Assembly: GCF_039654945.1 (NCBI RefSeq)
Contig: NW_027361687.1
Location: 35,216,001-35,280,000, forward strand
Reading direction: 5' to 3'
DNA length: 64,000 nucleotides
Source: Dendrobates tinctorius
Lineage: Eukaryota
Shown: piece after piece, positions 1 to 14,100 of the stretch
Layout: every line of letters starts with the position of its first letter
Numbering within the stretch: the first letter of the stretch is position 1
Position numbers and translations under genes: made by a program
The notes under the pieces: generated by a model
Databases searched by the model: none
Seen by the model: only the letters and a program-made list of their open reading frames with translations
What the model was told of the DNA's origin: nothing

Positions 1-434
1 TTTGGTTTCTCAAGTCCTCAGACAGTTCTTTGGTCTTCTTTCTTTTCTCCATGCTCAATGTGGTACACACAAGGACACAGGACAGAGGTTGAGTCAACTT
101 TAATCCATGTCAACTGGCTGCAAGTGTGATTTAGTTATTGCCAACACCTGTTAGGTGCCACAGGTAAGTTACAGGTGCTGTTAATTACACAAATTAGAGA
201 AGCATCACATGATTTTTCGAACAGTGCCAATACTTTTGTCCACCCTCTTTTTTATGTTTGGTGTGGAATTATATCCAATTTGGCTTTAGGACAATTCTTT
301 TTGTGTTTTTTCATTTAAGACAAATTAAATGAAGATAATAATACCAAAGAATTTGTGTTTGCAATCATTTTCAGGAAGAAACTGAGTATTATCTGACAGA
401 ATTGCAGGGGTGTCAATACTTTTGGCCACAACTG
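1..434. mobile_element. Tc1/mariner DNA transposon, one terminal part (cut off by the window edge)
   Basis: Ends ...GTGTCAATACTTTTGGCCACAACTG followed by TA (435-436). An internal copy of the terminal motif (GTGCCAATACTTTTGTCCAC, ~225-243) fits IR/DR-type Tc1 ends. Confidence 0.7.
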
Positions 435-774
435 TATACACACACACACGTATGTGTCATATATCTTTGTCAATATAAAAGGAAGGGGGCCCAGACACAT
501 TCCTCACCATGTTTATACCACAGTCCTTAATCTGTGACTTCACCCTGTCTAATAAGCGGCACATAATTGGCGCTCGGTGCCAGTAGGAGGCTGCTCGCGG
601 TGGCTGCCTCCAGATGTGAAGGGGCAGAATTACTCACCCTATTTATGTCCTATGTCCATAAGGGGCCATCCGGTAATGTACAGGCAGAGACACCTCAAAA
701 ATATATGGTCTATTTTGCCCAGCGCAACGATCCAGAGCTCAGCTTTCATTTTACTATAAGGCCTGTGTTCTAAT

Positions 775-2900
775 ATAGGGGTACATAGTTTGGGGGCATG
801 GGCAGTGATATAGGGGTACACAGCCTACTATAAGGGTCTGCGCTATAAGGGTACACACCATACTATAGGATCCTGGACTATCGTATAGGGGAACACACCA
901 AACTATAGGGGCCTGGGCTATCATATAGGGGTACACACCATACTATAGGGGCCTGGGCTATCGTATAGGGGAACACACCATACTTTACGGGCCTGCACTA
1001 TCATATAGGGGTACAAGTCATACAATGGGGGCCTGGTCTATCATATAGGGGTACACACCATACTATAGGGGCCTGCGCTGTCATAAAGGGGTACACACCA
1101 TAATATAGGGGTCTGGGCTATCATATAGGGCGTACATGCCATACTATAGAGACCTGCGCTTTCATATAGGAGTAGACACCATACTATAGGGATATCGAAT
1201 CAAGGGACATGTAGTAAATGCCACGGTTATTTTCACACAAAAACATTTCTTTTTTGAACATTTGTTGTGGGGTTTGGTATATACATTTATGACCTCTTAT
1301 TTTTGCAGAAATTTTGGTATACCAATTATTATTGTAGGTCATAATATAATACAGTATATATGTATATATTTTACCATTTAAAAATATTATCATCCTTTTT
1401 TCTCCATTCATTTTTGGAGTTGTGTGTATTATTCTTGTATTTTGGATGTTTGCAATTTTCATTTCATTAGACTATGTTAATTACCATACCATAGGGGCCT
1501 GTGTTACCGTATAGGGGAACATGCCATACTGTAGGTGCCTGTGCTGTCATATAAGCGTACACACCATACTATAAGGGCCTGTGCTATAATATAAGGGTAC
1601 ACGCCCAACTATAAAGGCGGCTGTGCTATCATGTATGTTCTATGTCCATAAGGGGCCATCCGATAATGTACAAGCAGGGACGCCTCTGCTACCCATCAGG
1701 CCACAAGAATATATGGTCTATGTTGCCCAACGCAACCAACCAGACCTCAGCTTTCATTTTACTTTATTATAAGGCCTGTGTTCTAATATAGGGGTACATG
1801 CCATAATTTGGGAGCCTGGGCTATGATATAGGGGTACACGGCAAACTATAGAGGCCTGTGCTATCATATAGGGGTACAAGCCATACTATAGGGGCCTGTG
1901 CTATCATACAGACGTACACTCCATACTATAGAGGCGTGGGCTATCATATAGGGGTACACACCATACTATATTGGCCTGTGCTATCATATAGGGGAACACA
2001 TCATACTATATGGGCTTGCGCTATAATATAGGGGTACATGCCCTAGTATAAGGGCTATCATATAGTGGTACACACCATACTATAGTAGTCTGTGCAATCA
2101 TATAAGAGGTACAGTATATGCCATACTATAGGGGCCAGCTCTATAATATAAGGTGTACACGTCACACTATAGGGGTCTGCTCTATAATATAAAGGGGACA
2201 AGCTACACTATAGAGGCCTGTGCTATAATATAGGGGTACATACCCTAGTATAGGGGCCTGCGCTATCATATAAGGGGTACACGCCATACTAGAGTCCTGC
2301 GCTATCATAATAGGGGTACATACCATACTATAAGGGCCTGCTCTAAAATATAAGGGCTACACGCCATACTATAGTGGCCTGCGTTATAATATAGAGGGTA
2401 TGCGCCATACTATAGGGGTCTGCGCTATCATATACGGCAGGGGTGGGGAATGTTTTTTTTCAGCCAAGGGCCATTTGGATATTTATACCATCCTTCGGGG
2501 GCCATACAAACTCCACCCACAAAGTTCATCCTAACTCTGGCACTGGTGTCAGGACGTAATCTTTCATTGTTCAATAGTGAACACTGCGTGTGTATGCTCA
2601 CAGAGCAAGATGAAATTATTGAGCTGGTGGCAATCAAAATGCTGTACAACTCCCTGCCCAAGAATGCAGTCCCTGAGAATGTGCCCCAGTGCCTGATAAA
2701 TGGCCCAGGGGCCTGAGGTTCCCCAACCGTGATATAGGGGAACATGCCATACTATATGGCCTGCGCTATCATATAGGGGTACACACCATACTATAATGGC
2801 CTGTGTTATCATATAGAGGAACACACCATACTATAGGGGTCTGCACTATCATATAGGGGTACACGCCATTAAAAAAGGGGCCTTCGCTATAATATATAGG
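775..2900. repeat. Degenerate ~39 bp minisatellite (GGGTACACACCATACTATAGGGGCCTGCGCTATCATATA)
   Basis: Visible tandem copies, interrupted by an AT-rich block (~1190-1485), a second copy of ~645-790 at ~1635-1800, and a MITE at 2438-2731. Confidence 0.9.
2438..2731. mobile_element. hAT-type MITE
   Basis: Termini CAGGGGTGGGGAA and TTCCCCAACCGTG form imperfect TIRs. 8 bp flanks ATATACGG / ATATAGGG match 7 of 8, as for a hAT target-site duplication (TSD). It interrupts the minisatellite. Confidence 0.75.
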
Positions 2901-3341
2901 GGGGTCCACACTATCCTTAGCTGTAGAGTCTCACTGATGACATTAAACCCCATCACTCCACTGAGGGTGAATAGGGGTTTCTGACATCGGAGACCCTCTT
3001 TAAGATCTCATAAGGTGTTTGTTGACTTATTGTATCCGTCCAGGAGCTACAGAGTTAAATCCACAATGACCCAGAAATGGTGGAGAAATTTCCTGCGCCC
3101 TCCAGGTGGAGATCGAGGTGTAAATATTACATGAGCTTTGGAAGTAATGTTCTGGGCTGCCGCCCCGTGCACCATCATCACCACCCGCTGCCAGACCCTG
3201 CATTCATCATTCATGACTTACACATCACTGGAAAACCCGATAAACCAGACACAGCAATATCAGCAGTGTTCAGATTATTATATACAGGTCACTATAAATG
3301 TCTGAAAAATTTGACAATCTGAAACTGGTAGATCACGTATC

Positions 3342-4910
3342 CAGTTGTGTGAAAAAGTGTTTGCCCCCTTCCCGATTTCCTATTATTTTGCATGTTTGTC
3401 ACACTTAAATGTTTCAGATCACCAAACAAATGTAAATATTAGACAAAGATAACACAAGTAATCACAAAATGCTGTTTATAAATGAAGGTCTGTATTATCA
3501 AGAGAAAGAAATCCAAACCTACAGGGAGGGGCCTGTGTGAAAAAGTGATTGCCCCTCCTTAAAACAAATTCCCTATCCGCACCCAGGCCTGTTTACTGCC
3601 ACACCTGTTTTCAATCAAGAAATCACTTAATTGGGTCCTGCCTGACAAAGTGAAGTAAACCAAAAGATCCTCAAAAGCTAGACATCATGCCGAGATCCAA
3701 AGGAATTCTGTAACAAATGAGAACCAGATCTATCAGCCTGGAAAGGGTTATAAAGCTATTTCTAAAGCTTTGGGACACCAACGAACCATAGTAAGAGCCA
3801 TTATCCACAAACAGCAAAAACATGGAACAGTGGTGAACCTTCCCAGAAGTGAATAGCCAACCAAAATTAACCCAAGAGAGCAGCGACGACTCATCCAAGA
3901 GGTCACAAAAGACCAACAACAAAATCCAAAGAACTGCAGGCCTCACTTGCCTCAATTAAGGTCAGGGCTCATGACTCCACCATAAGAAAGTCCCTCACAC
4001 CTCTCCTGTCCATCCTTAACTCTGCTGCCGGACTAATTCATCTTTCTCCTCGCTACTCCTCCGCTTCTCCCCTCTGCAAATCTCTTCACTGGCTCCCATT
4101 CCCTCAGCGTATCCAGTTCAAATTACTAATACTGACCTACAAGGCCATCTATAACCTGTCTCCCCCATATGTCTCTGAACTAATCTCCCGATACCTTCCC
4201 TCACATAATCTCCGGTCATCCCAAGACCTCCTTCTCTCCTCCACACTTATTCGCTCCACACCCAACCGCCTCCAAGACTTCTCCCGAATAGCCCCTATTC
4301 TCTGGAATTCTTTTCCCCAACATATCCGACTACCAACAACATTCGGATCCTTCATACAGAACCTGAAAACCCACTTCTTCAAGAAAGCCTACAATGACCC
4401 CGCGACCTCCTCACTACTACCGGAGATATCACCTCAACCAACACCGGAACTGCTGCAACCCACCAACCTACTGTCTCCTTCCCCACCATCCTGTAGAATG
4501 TAAGCCCGAAAGGGCAGGGTCCTCTCTCCTCTGTATCAGTCTGTCATTGTAAGTTTGTTTACTGTAAGTGATAACTGTAATTTGTATGTAACCTCTTCTC
4601 ATGTACAGCACCATGGAATCAATGGTGCTATATAAATAAATATTAAGAAGAAGAAGAAAGAGACTGGGCACAACCATAACACAACCAGTTATTTGGCTTA
4701 GGGGCTATCACTTTTTCACACAGGGCCTCGAAGGTTTGTATTTCCTTTTCCCTTAATAATAAAGGCCTTCATCTATAAACTGCATTTTGTGGTTACTTGT
4801 GTTATTTGTCTAATATTTACATTTGTTTGGTGATCTGAAACATTTATGTGTGACAAACATAGAAAAGAACAGAAAATCAAAAAGGGGGAAAACACTTTTT
4901 CACACAACTG
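3342..4910 (+). mobile_element. Internally deleted Tc1 element with long TIRs, interrupted by an L2 fragment
   Basis: CAGTTGTGTGAAAAAGTGTTT at 3342 and AAACACTTTTTCACACAACTG-TA at 4910, with ~200 bp inverted ends. A decayed transposase N-terminus (MPRSK...) starts at ~3688. Confidence 0.85.
3991..4653 (+). mobile_element. 5'-truncated L2-clade LINE (ORF2 C-terminus plus 3' UTR)
   Basis: Encodes ...LHWLPFPQRIQFKLLILTYKAIYNLSPPYVSELI..., typical of the L2 ORF2 C-terminus. Tail ...GGTGCTATATAAATAAA followed by (AAG)n. AAGAAAG is duplicated at 3984-3990 and 4654-4660. Confidence 0.8.
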
Positions 4911-5104
4911 TATATGGAGTATAGGACTTTTACTGTCTATCACCATTTGTGTCACCTGATAACCTCAAGACTGACACCTCTCACACATGGTTAAAAGGCT
5001 GGTTGTCATCAGTGATGGATGAGGAGCTGGTGCTTTAGTATAAGGAGGGGGACTGTGAGTTTCAGGTGCTCATATATACTAATATTGGGGTCGGATTCTT
5101 GTAG

Positions 5105-8100
5105 ATGAATCCCGAGGAGCAGGCAGCATCCGTTATTCGGGCAGAGTGGAGCCCGTCCATGTTCCTGGTGTACGAGGAGGACAGTAACAGCAGCTGTGAA
5201 TCCATGGGGGCATCTGCTCTGAGCCTGAAGAGCCCTGAGTGTGAGGATAATGACCCTGACGCTGAGGAGAAGCTGTGCGCTGTGTGCGGGGATAAGGCTA
5301 ATGGCTACCACTTCCACGTCCTGACCTGTGAGGGCTGTAAGGGATTTTTCAGGTAAATGCTCCGACCACATCTCAAGTCTGTCCCCTCCCGGAAAAGATC
5401 GCAGCCATATTCCTAGGAGTCCGGTCTGACTCCTCTCTGATGGTGGAGCTGACAACAGTCCTGACTTAGCCATGATCATTCTGTGAGCCTAACCACCAAA
5501 TGGGCAGGATTTAGACTACCTTGACTAAGGGAGGGAGGGGTTTAAATGCCCGATATATGGTATAGAAGTTTAAGTGAATCACTGATGAAGGTGAGGGACA
5601 GCGCTCATTCATCTGTAGTGGTGGACGGATTTTATGTGATAGATTATGGTATAATATGTTACATTGTGACAGATAATAGTACATTATAGTATATTACATT
5701 GTGGTAGATTACAGTATAATAGTACATTATGGTGCAGTTTATTACATTGTGGTAGATTACGGTATAAAAGTACATTACAGTTCAGTATTACATTGTGGTA
5801 GATAACGGTATAATATAGTATATTGTAGTGGAGCATATTACATTGTGGCAGAACACGGCACATAGTATATTACGGTACAGCATATTATAGTGTGGCAGAT
5901 TACAGTATATTACGGTATACTCTACTACAGTGTGGCAGATTAAGGTGTAATATAGTACAGCATATTACATTGTACATTACGGTACAAAATACTATTACAT
6001 TGTCGTAGATTATGGTATAATAGATTACAGTGTAGTACATTGTGGCAAAGTATGGCACAATATAGTATATTACAGTAGAGCATATTACATTGTGGCAGAA
6101 CCCAGCACATTATAGCATATTACATTGTGGCAGATTACGGTATTATAGTATATTACAGTACAGTGTTACAGTTTGCCAGATTACGGTATAATATGGTATA
6201 TTGATGTCCAGCATATTACATTGTGGTACATTATGGTACAATATAGCATATTACGAAACAGTATATTTCATTGTGACAGATTATGGTATATTCTAGTTGT
6301 GACGAACCGACACCTCGCCAACCCGCCTCAGATCACTGTTACGTCAGAGGGATCACATGGTACGGTCTCCTCTATTGCACCAACGTGACGTTCCGCACCC
6401 CCAGGGGACAAGTAAGCTCAGCTTGGTACAGTTTTACACAGATACTGTTCTCACAGGCATATGCAGGCACGAGGAGTGAGAGGCTGAGGCCCACACAGTG
6501 ACTGACGTGGCACCACACTCGCTCACAACCCTGACAGGCTGAGAGGCCCCTTTCACTAGCACCAGTGAAACAGAACCTTATCAGGACTGTCACTAGGGTT
6601 GATCAAATAACTTAGGATAAGAGCTTATCCGAATAGCTATAGCGCTTCCCAAATAGCTGCATCGGTAACCTGGATTCCTGGAGCGCTCCCGATAATCAGC
6701 TGCTTGGCGCCGCAGCTGCAGGTGTCAAGGCTGTGTGACAGTCACAACACATGTATGGAGAGCCTGTTTATTGTGACTGTCACACAGCCGCGACACATGC
6801 AGGTGCATCGCCGAGCAGCTGATTATCAGGAGCGCTCCAGGTATCCAGGTTACCGATGCAGCTATTTGGGAAGCGCTATAGCTATTCGGATAAGCTCTTA
6901 TCCAAAGCTATTCGATCAACCCTGTTCCTCGTTATATATTAGCACGGTCCGTTAGTGGGATTACAGCTCTGCCAAAAATTAAGAGACCACTGCACAGTTG
7001 TATAAAAATCAGCTTCTCTACATGTCGGCAGCCATTCCATTCCAGTGTCATTTGAATTCCAACCAGAGTACACCTCATCCTACTTACTGTGCTTCTGATT
7101 AGGCGATCACCTGAACCAAATCTTATTTAACAAAGGAAAGTTTAAAAAAACCCTGCTGTGGTGTTCACAATCCTCTTGTAATAGGACAAGCTGGATGGCA
7201 AAAGAAGTGCTAGTAATTTCCCAAAAGTAATAGGAATGAAAAATTAACTTTTAACCATTCCAAAGGAGTTGAAAAGTCTTGAGTGAGGAAAAGAAGGGCT
7301 CAATTCTGGCTTTACTAGCAGAAGGATACAGTGAGCGTCATTTTGCCTCCATCCTTAAAATTTCTAAGACGGCAGTCCATTACAACAAGGTCAAGCAGCA
7401 GATATTGGGGACAACGAAGCTACAGACCGTCAGAAGGCGAAAACGACTCTCCACTGACCGGGATGACCGTCATCTTATTCGAATGTCACTCAGCAACCGC
7501 AGGATGATATCAAGTGACCTTCAAAAGGAATGGCAAATGGCAGCTGCTTTGAAGGGCACGGCAAATACAGTTCGTAACAGGCTCCTAGAGGCAGGGCTCA
7601 AGTCATGTAAAGCTAGAAAAAAGCCTTTCATCAATGAGAAGCAAAGGAAAGCCAGGCTGAAGGTTGCCAAAGACCATAAGGATTGGATCATAGAGGACTG
7701 GAGTAAGGTGATCTTCTCTGATGAGTCTAATTTTCAGCTTTGCCGAACACCTGGTCGTCTAATGGTTAGACGGAGACCTGGAGAGGCGTGCAAGTCACAG
7801 TGTCTGGCACTTACTGTGAAATTTGGTGGAAGATCGGTGATGATCTGGGGATGTTTCAGCAAGGCTGGAATTGGGCAGATTAATCTTTGCAAAGGACGTA
7901 TGAATCAAGCCGCATACAAGGTTATCCTGAAAAAACAGTTGATTCCTTCTGCTCCGGCAATGTTCCCCAACTCTGTGGACTGTTTTTTCCAGCAGGACAA
8001 TGCGCCATGCCACAAAGCTATGTCAATCAATGTGTGGATGAAGGACCACCACATCAAATCCCTGTCATGGCCAGCCCAATCTCCAGACCTGAAACCCATT

Positions 8101-11100
8101 GAAAACCTCTGGAATGTAATCAAGAGGAAGATGAATAGTCACAAGCCATCAAAGAAGAAGTACTTACATTTTTGTACGAGGAGTGGCAAAAGGTCACCCA
8201 AAAGCAGTGTGAAAGACTGGTGGAAAGCAGCCAAGACGCATGAAAGCTGTGACTAAAAATCATGGTTATTCCACAAAATATTGATTTCTGAACTCTTCCT
8301 GAGTTAAAACATTAGTATTGTTGTTTCTAAATGATTATGAACTTGTTTTCTTAGCATTATTTGAGGTCTGCAAGCACTGCATTTTTTTTTTGTTATTTTG
8401 ACCATTTCTCATTTTATGAAAATAAATCCAAAATTTAGTGCTTGGAAATTCGAAGACATGTTGCCAGTAGTTTATAGAATAAAAAAGCAATTTACAATTC
8501 AAAAATATACCTATAAAGAGAAAAATCAGACAAACTGGAAATTTTGCAGTGGTCTCTTAATTTTTGCCAGAGCTGTATGTCAGGCCAGAAACCAGCCCCA
8601 GTAGCATGGCAAGTTAGAACTGAGAATACGGACATGTGGATTTGTGAATAGAGATAAGAGCAGCCACTGGTTATGTTATATATTTAAACGCCTTAAAAGC
8701 ACACTATACATTACACTATATACACAATGGTCAGATATGCAAATACAGGTGAAGTATATAAGATATAAGGAAATGAATCATGTCAATTACTGGTTTGATG
8801 TTCGACCATATGGGCGCTGGGTCGCAGAGGGCATGGGGTTTGCCAGCTGATTCAGTTCCTTACAGCACATTAAATGATATGGCACCCTATTTAAGTGAAC
8901 AGCAAGCATAACAGAGAGCGCAAGCTCATGACTTTACACAAGCATTTAACCCCTTGGTTAGTCACACCCTTTTCACCCCTGGGAGGGGCCTTATCCCCCT
9001 CCCCTGGGTGTGTGAAGATAAAACTCTGAAAACCTAAGTAGTATAACTTCCCAACGGAGTGTCATACAGCAGCAGTTCTGGCGCCATCGGATACGGCCGT
9101 GCCCCAGTCACACTTGGAGAACACTGCTTCACTACCTGGCTTCTAGTATTCGTTCTGTGTAATTCACCACCCTGGGTTGCTAGAACGGATCAAGACCCTG
9201 GAAGGTGTTCAGTCTGTTACAGAGATATATAAAATGTTAACAGTATGTGGCTAGGATGTCCAATAATTCCATATTCTCCTTAAATCTCTTTGTGAAATTC
9301 CCATCTGACTGAATGAATCAGTTACACAAGATGACCCCCGTGGATATTAGTTAGGCTGGTTGGGGTGCAAGTGATCACTTTGAAACAGAGAAGGCTGGAC
9401 CACTTGTTGAGCCAGGTGTCCTGTTACAGTTATGCATGCTGAAGTAGGACTGTAGAATAATGATACAGTTGATGGGCATGGACTTAAATTCCTGCATATT
9501 CTTCACAAAAGCATATTACGGTACTGTATGTAAAAATTTGTAATTTTGCAGTGATCCCTGCATTTTGGTCAGTAGCTTTTTCTCCATTTTCTCATATTAC
9601 GGTACTGTATTACATAGTGGTGGATTACGATATAGTAGATTACGGTATGCTGTATTATAGTATATTGCAGTAAAATATTATGTTATGGTGCATTACGGTA
9701 TAATGTACAGTTAGGTCCATATCTATTTGGACAGAGACAACATTTTTCTAATTTTGGTTCTAGACATTACCACAATGAATTTTAAACAAAGCAATTCAGA
9801 TGCAGTTGAAGTTCAGACTTCCAATTTTAATGTGGATACCCTCAAATGAAAACTGAATGAAGGGTTTAGGAGTTTCAGCTCCTTAACATGTGCCACCCTG
9901 TTTTTAAAGGCACCAAAAGTAATTGGACAGATTAAATAATTGTAAATAAAATGTTCATTTCTATTACTTGGTAGAAAACCCTTTGTTGGCAATGACTGCC
10001 TGAAGTCTTGAACTCATGGACATCACCAGACGCTGTGTTTCCTCCTTTTTGATGCTCTGCCAGGCCTTCACTGCGGTGGTTTTCAGTTGCTGTTTGTTTG
10101 TGGGCCTTTCTGTCTGAAGTTTATTGTGCATTGTTGAGTTCACCAGTGCTTTCTTTCTTTCTCAGGATGTACTAAACTGTAGATTTTGTCACTCCTAATG
10201 TTGTAGCAATTTCTCGGATGGGTTTTTTCTGTTTTTGCAGCTTAGGCCGGTTTCACACTAGCGCATTTTCAACGCGCGCACGGCCGGGGGTAGCTCCGCC
10301 CCCGATCCGGCTCTCTGCCCGGCGTGCCCGCCCCTTGCCTGTAGCGCCGCCTCCTAGCGGACGGCGGCGCCTGCGATCGGCGCACCCTATCTTTAGCATA
10401 GGGTGCGCCGATCGTGCGCAGGTCGTGCGCTAGTTGCGCTTTGACCTGCGCTGCGCACTTATGACGGTGCGCCGTGCGCGACAAAATCCGAAAAGTTCGA
10501 TTTTGGCGCGCACGGCGCACCGTCAAAAGTGCGCAGCACAGGTCAAAGCGCAACTAGCGCACGACCTGCGCACGATCGGCGCACCCTATGCTAAAGATAG
10601 GGTGCGCCGATCGCAGGCGCCGCTGTCCGCTAGGAGGCGGCGCTACAAGGAAGGGGCGGGCACGCCGGGCAGAGAGCCGGATCGGGGGCGGAGCTACCCC
10701 CGGCCGTGCGCGCGTTGAAAATGCGCTAGTGTGAAACCGGCCTTAAGGATGGCTTGTTTCACCTGTATGGAGAGCTCCATTGACCGCATGTTTCCTTCAC
10801 AGCAAAACCTTCCAAATGCAAGCACCACACCTCAAATCAACTCCAGGCCTTTTAACTGCTTAATTAAGAATGACATAACGAAGGGATTGCCCACACCTGT
10901 CCATGAAATAGCCTTGGAGTCAATTGTCCAATTACTTTTGGTCCCTTTAAAAACAGGGTGGCACATGTTAAGGAGCTGAAACTCCTAAACCCTTCATCCA
11001 ATTGTAATGTGGATACCCTCAAATGAAAGCTGAAAGTCTGAACTTCAACTGCATCTGAATTGTTTTGTTTAAAATTCATTGTGGTAATGTCTAGAACTAA

Positions 11101-14100
11101 AATTAGAAAAATGTTGTCTCTGTCCAAATATATATGGGCCTAACTGTATATTATGGTACAGTATATTACATTGTGGTAAAGAACAGTATAAGTTTACAGT
11201 ATATTACATTGTGGCAAATTACAGCACAGTATATCACATTGTGGCTGATTACGGTACACTAAAGTATTACGGTACAGTATTACATTTTGGTACATTACAG
11301 TATTATGGTACAGTATATTACACTGTGGTACACTACGGTACAGTATTAGTGTGGTGGATTATGGTATATTATAGTATATAATGGTACAGTATTAGTGTGG
11401 TAGATTACAGTATTATAGCATATTACAGTACAGTATAATAGGGTGGTAGATTACGGTATACTATAGTATTACGGTACAGTATATTAAATTGTGGCAGATT
11501 ATGGTATATCATAGTACAGTATTAGTATGGTAGATTACTGTATACTATAGTATATTGCGGTAAAGAATATTACAGTATGGTAGATTACGGTATATTATAG
11601 TATAGGGTACAGTATATTGAAGTTAGGGTGCGGTATATTACAGCATGGTAGGTTACGATACACTACAGTTAGGGTGCGGTATACTACAGCATGGTAGGCT
11701 ACGGTACACTATAATACATTAAGGTACTGTATATTACAGTACAGTAGATTATGGTACACAAGAGAATATTAGGGTACAGTATGTGTGGTAGATTACGGTA
11801 CAATATGTTGTACTCTGCCACATAACGGCATATAAGGGTACAGTATATTACAGTATGGTAGGTTACGGTGTATTATAGTATAATGGGGTACAGTATATTA
11901 CAATGTGGTAGGTTACGGTATATTATGGTACAGCATGTTAGTCTGGTAGATTACGGTATATTATGGTACGGTATGTTGTACTGAGCCAGATAACGGTATG
12001 TTAGGGTACAGTATATTACAGTATGGTAGGTTACGGTATATTAGGGTACAGTATGTTAGCGTGGTGGATTACAGTATACTATGGTACGATATGTTGTACT
12101 GTGCCAGATAACGGTATATTAGGGTACACTATATTACAGTATGGTAAGTTACGGTATATTATAGTATATTAGGGTACAGTATGGTAGGTTACGGTATACT
12201 ATAGTATATTAGGGTACAGTATGGTAGAGTACACGGTAGGTTACGGTATGGTATGTTGTACTGCACCAGATTACGGTATATCACTATACATTATATTTTA
12301 GGATATGATGGTAGACTGAAATATGACTTCTCACGTTCTGCTTGTTGTTTCCGCCATGATCCCCTCAGGCGGTCTATGACTAAAGGTTTGACCTTCACCT
12401 GCCCGTTTACCCGCTCTTGTCCGGTCACAAAAGCCAAGCGGAGACGGTGCCAAGCCTGCCGCCTACAGAAATGCCTGGAGGTGGGCATGAGGAGAGACAG
12501 TAAGTGCTCAGACCCATCCGCCTCTCCTACAGTGAAGTGTGGCCTGACGACGTTTCAGAAGCAATTACTAAATGGGGGGGACAAAGGTCTCCAACCCCAC
12601 GACCCCTGTCCCCACACCCACCAGGTCTCTAATTAATAGAAGATGGCACAACTCTAGTGGCCCAAGCCAACACCTGTGCTACCGGGGAGGTAACAAGCAC
12701 CACAATCACTGGTGGGGGAAGCAATGTTGGATGTTTTCTGTCTGACTCTGTGTTTGCAGCCATTCCACTGCCCACACGGAGGGGGAGCGATGCCATCTGA
12801 GTGGTGCCCCCCTGGCCCTGACAATGGGTACGCTCTGCGGTATAATCTGCACTGGGGTGGTGCAGTCATGGCCGCAGGGACAGATCTATATATAGCCCCC
12901 TCCCCCGCCCGCCACCATTTATTCCTTTCATCTTATTTCAATAAACATTATCCAGAGTGCTGCGCCCCCCGCGGGAGATGAGGAGGCGGAGGGGACGGGG
13001 CCCAAGCACCATTATAACAGTATTATGGGATTCTGCTGCTGGCGTGCACACAAGATCCCGGCTCAGTGAGCAAATGTGTGAATTATTAATCGGAGGGTTT
13101 ATCCCAGGACACGTCCCGGCCCCCAAGCCGTTATATAACCATTACAGCATTTATAGAGAAGGGTCACATAGCACGGAGGGGGAGACGGGCAGTGATGATG
13201 AAAAAGACAGAAACACGGCAAAATCATCAGCAATAGCTAGAATAATTATAGTAACAACAATAACAAATACATAATGAGAAAAGAATATAACTGTAAAATA
13301 ATGAATATAATTTATATAAAACAATGATAGTATAAAAACAAAGAATATAAAACAATGCTAAAATTAATTGTATAAAACAAAGAAAATTAGATAATATAAA
13401 ATATAGAAACAATGTAAAGATTAATAAACATATATAATAAAAACAATAAAATATAAGAAAATACAAATGCTGAAAATAAGTAAATATTATGAAATAACTA
13501 TACAGTAGATACAAAATAAAAACCATTCTAAAATAATATTTTATATTGCTAATATTAATACTAAGTGAAAAATATAATAGGAAAAAATATATAAAATGAA
13601 TATTAAACAATAGTTTAAACTTTATATAATATGAGCTAAATTATAATATACAAAAAAATAAAATACAGTAAGGAAAAATGATGAATAGCAAAAATATAAA
13701 TAAAATAGATAAGAATTAATAGCAATAAAAATTTACTACTACAAATAGTACAAAACATTTTAAAAAAAGCGATAAAAATGTATACATTTTTAAAAATACA
13801 CAAAAATAATTATAAAGTAAGAAGAAAAATTACAAAAATAACAAAATAAAGATAACAAATAAAGACATACTGATAGGGAACTTAGATTGTGACCCCCATC
13901 GGGGACAGCGATGATAATGTCTGTAAAGCGTTGTGGAATTAATGGCGCTGTATAAATTAGTAAAATAAATCAAATAAAAAAATATAAAACCAACATAAAT
14001 AAGTTTAAAAAATATAGCGCAATGACAAAAACAACAAAATATAAAAATAATCTAATTATAAAATAATAACAAAGGATTATGGTAAAACAATAATCATAAG

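Noticed and set aside
470-560. TATA promoter for NR1I3 (TATAAAA at 474-480)
   Set aside because: A single motif beside a transposon end, with no identifiable first exon.
10269-10718. Two near-identical 94 aa ORFs on opposite strands
   Set aside because: A direct consequence of the palindromic MITE.
13227-13610. 127 aa hydrophobic ORF resembling a mitochondrial membrane protein or NUMT
   Set aside because: Translation of the T-rich strand of a low-complexity tract, with no conserved motif.
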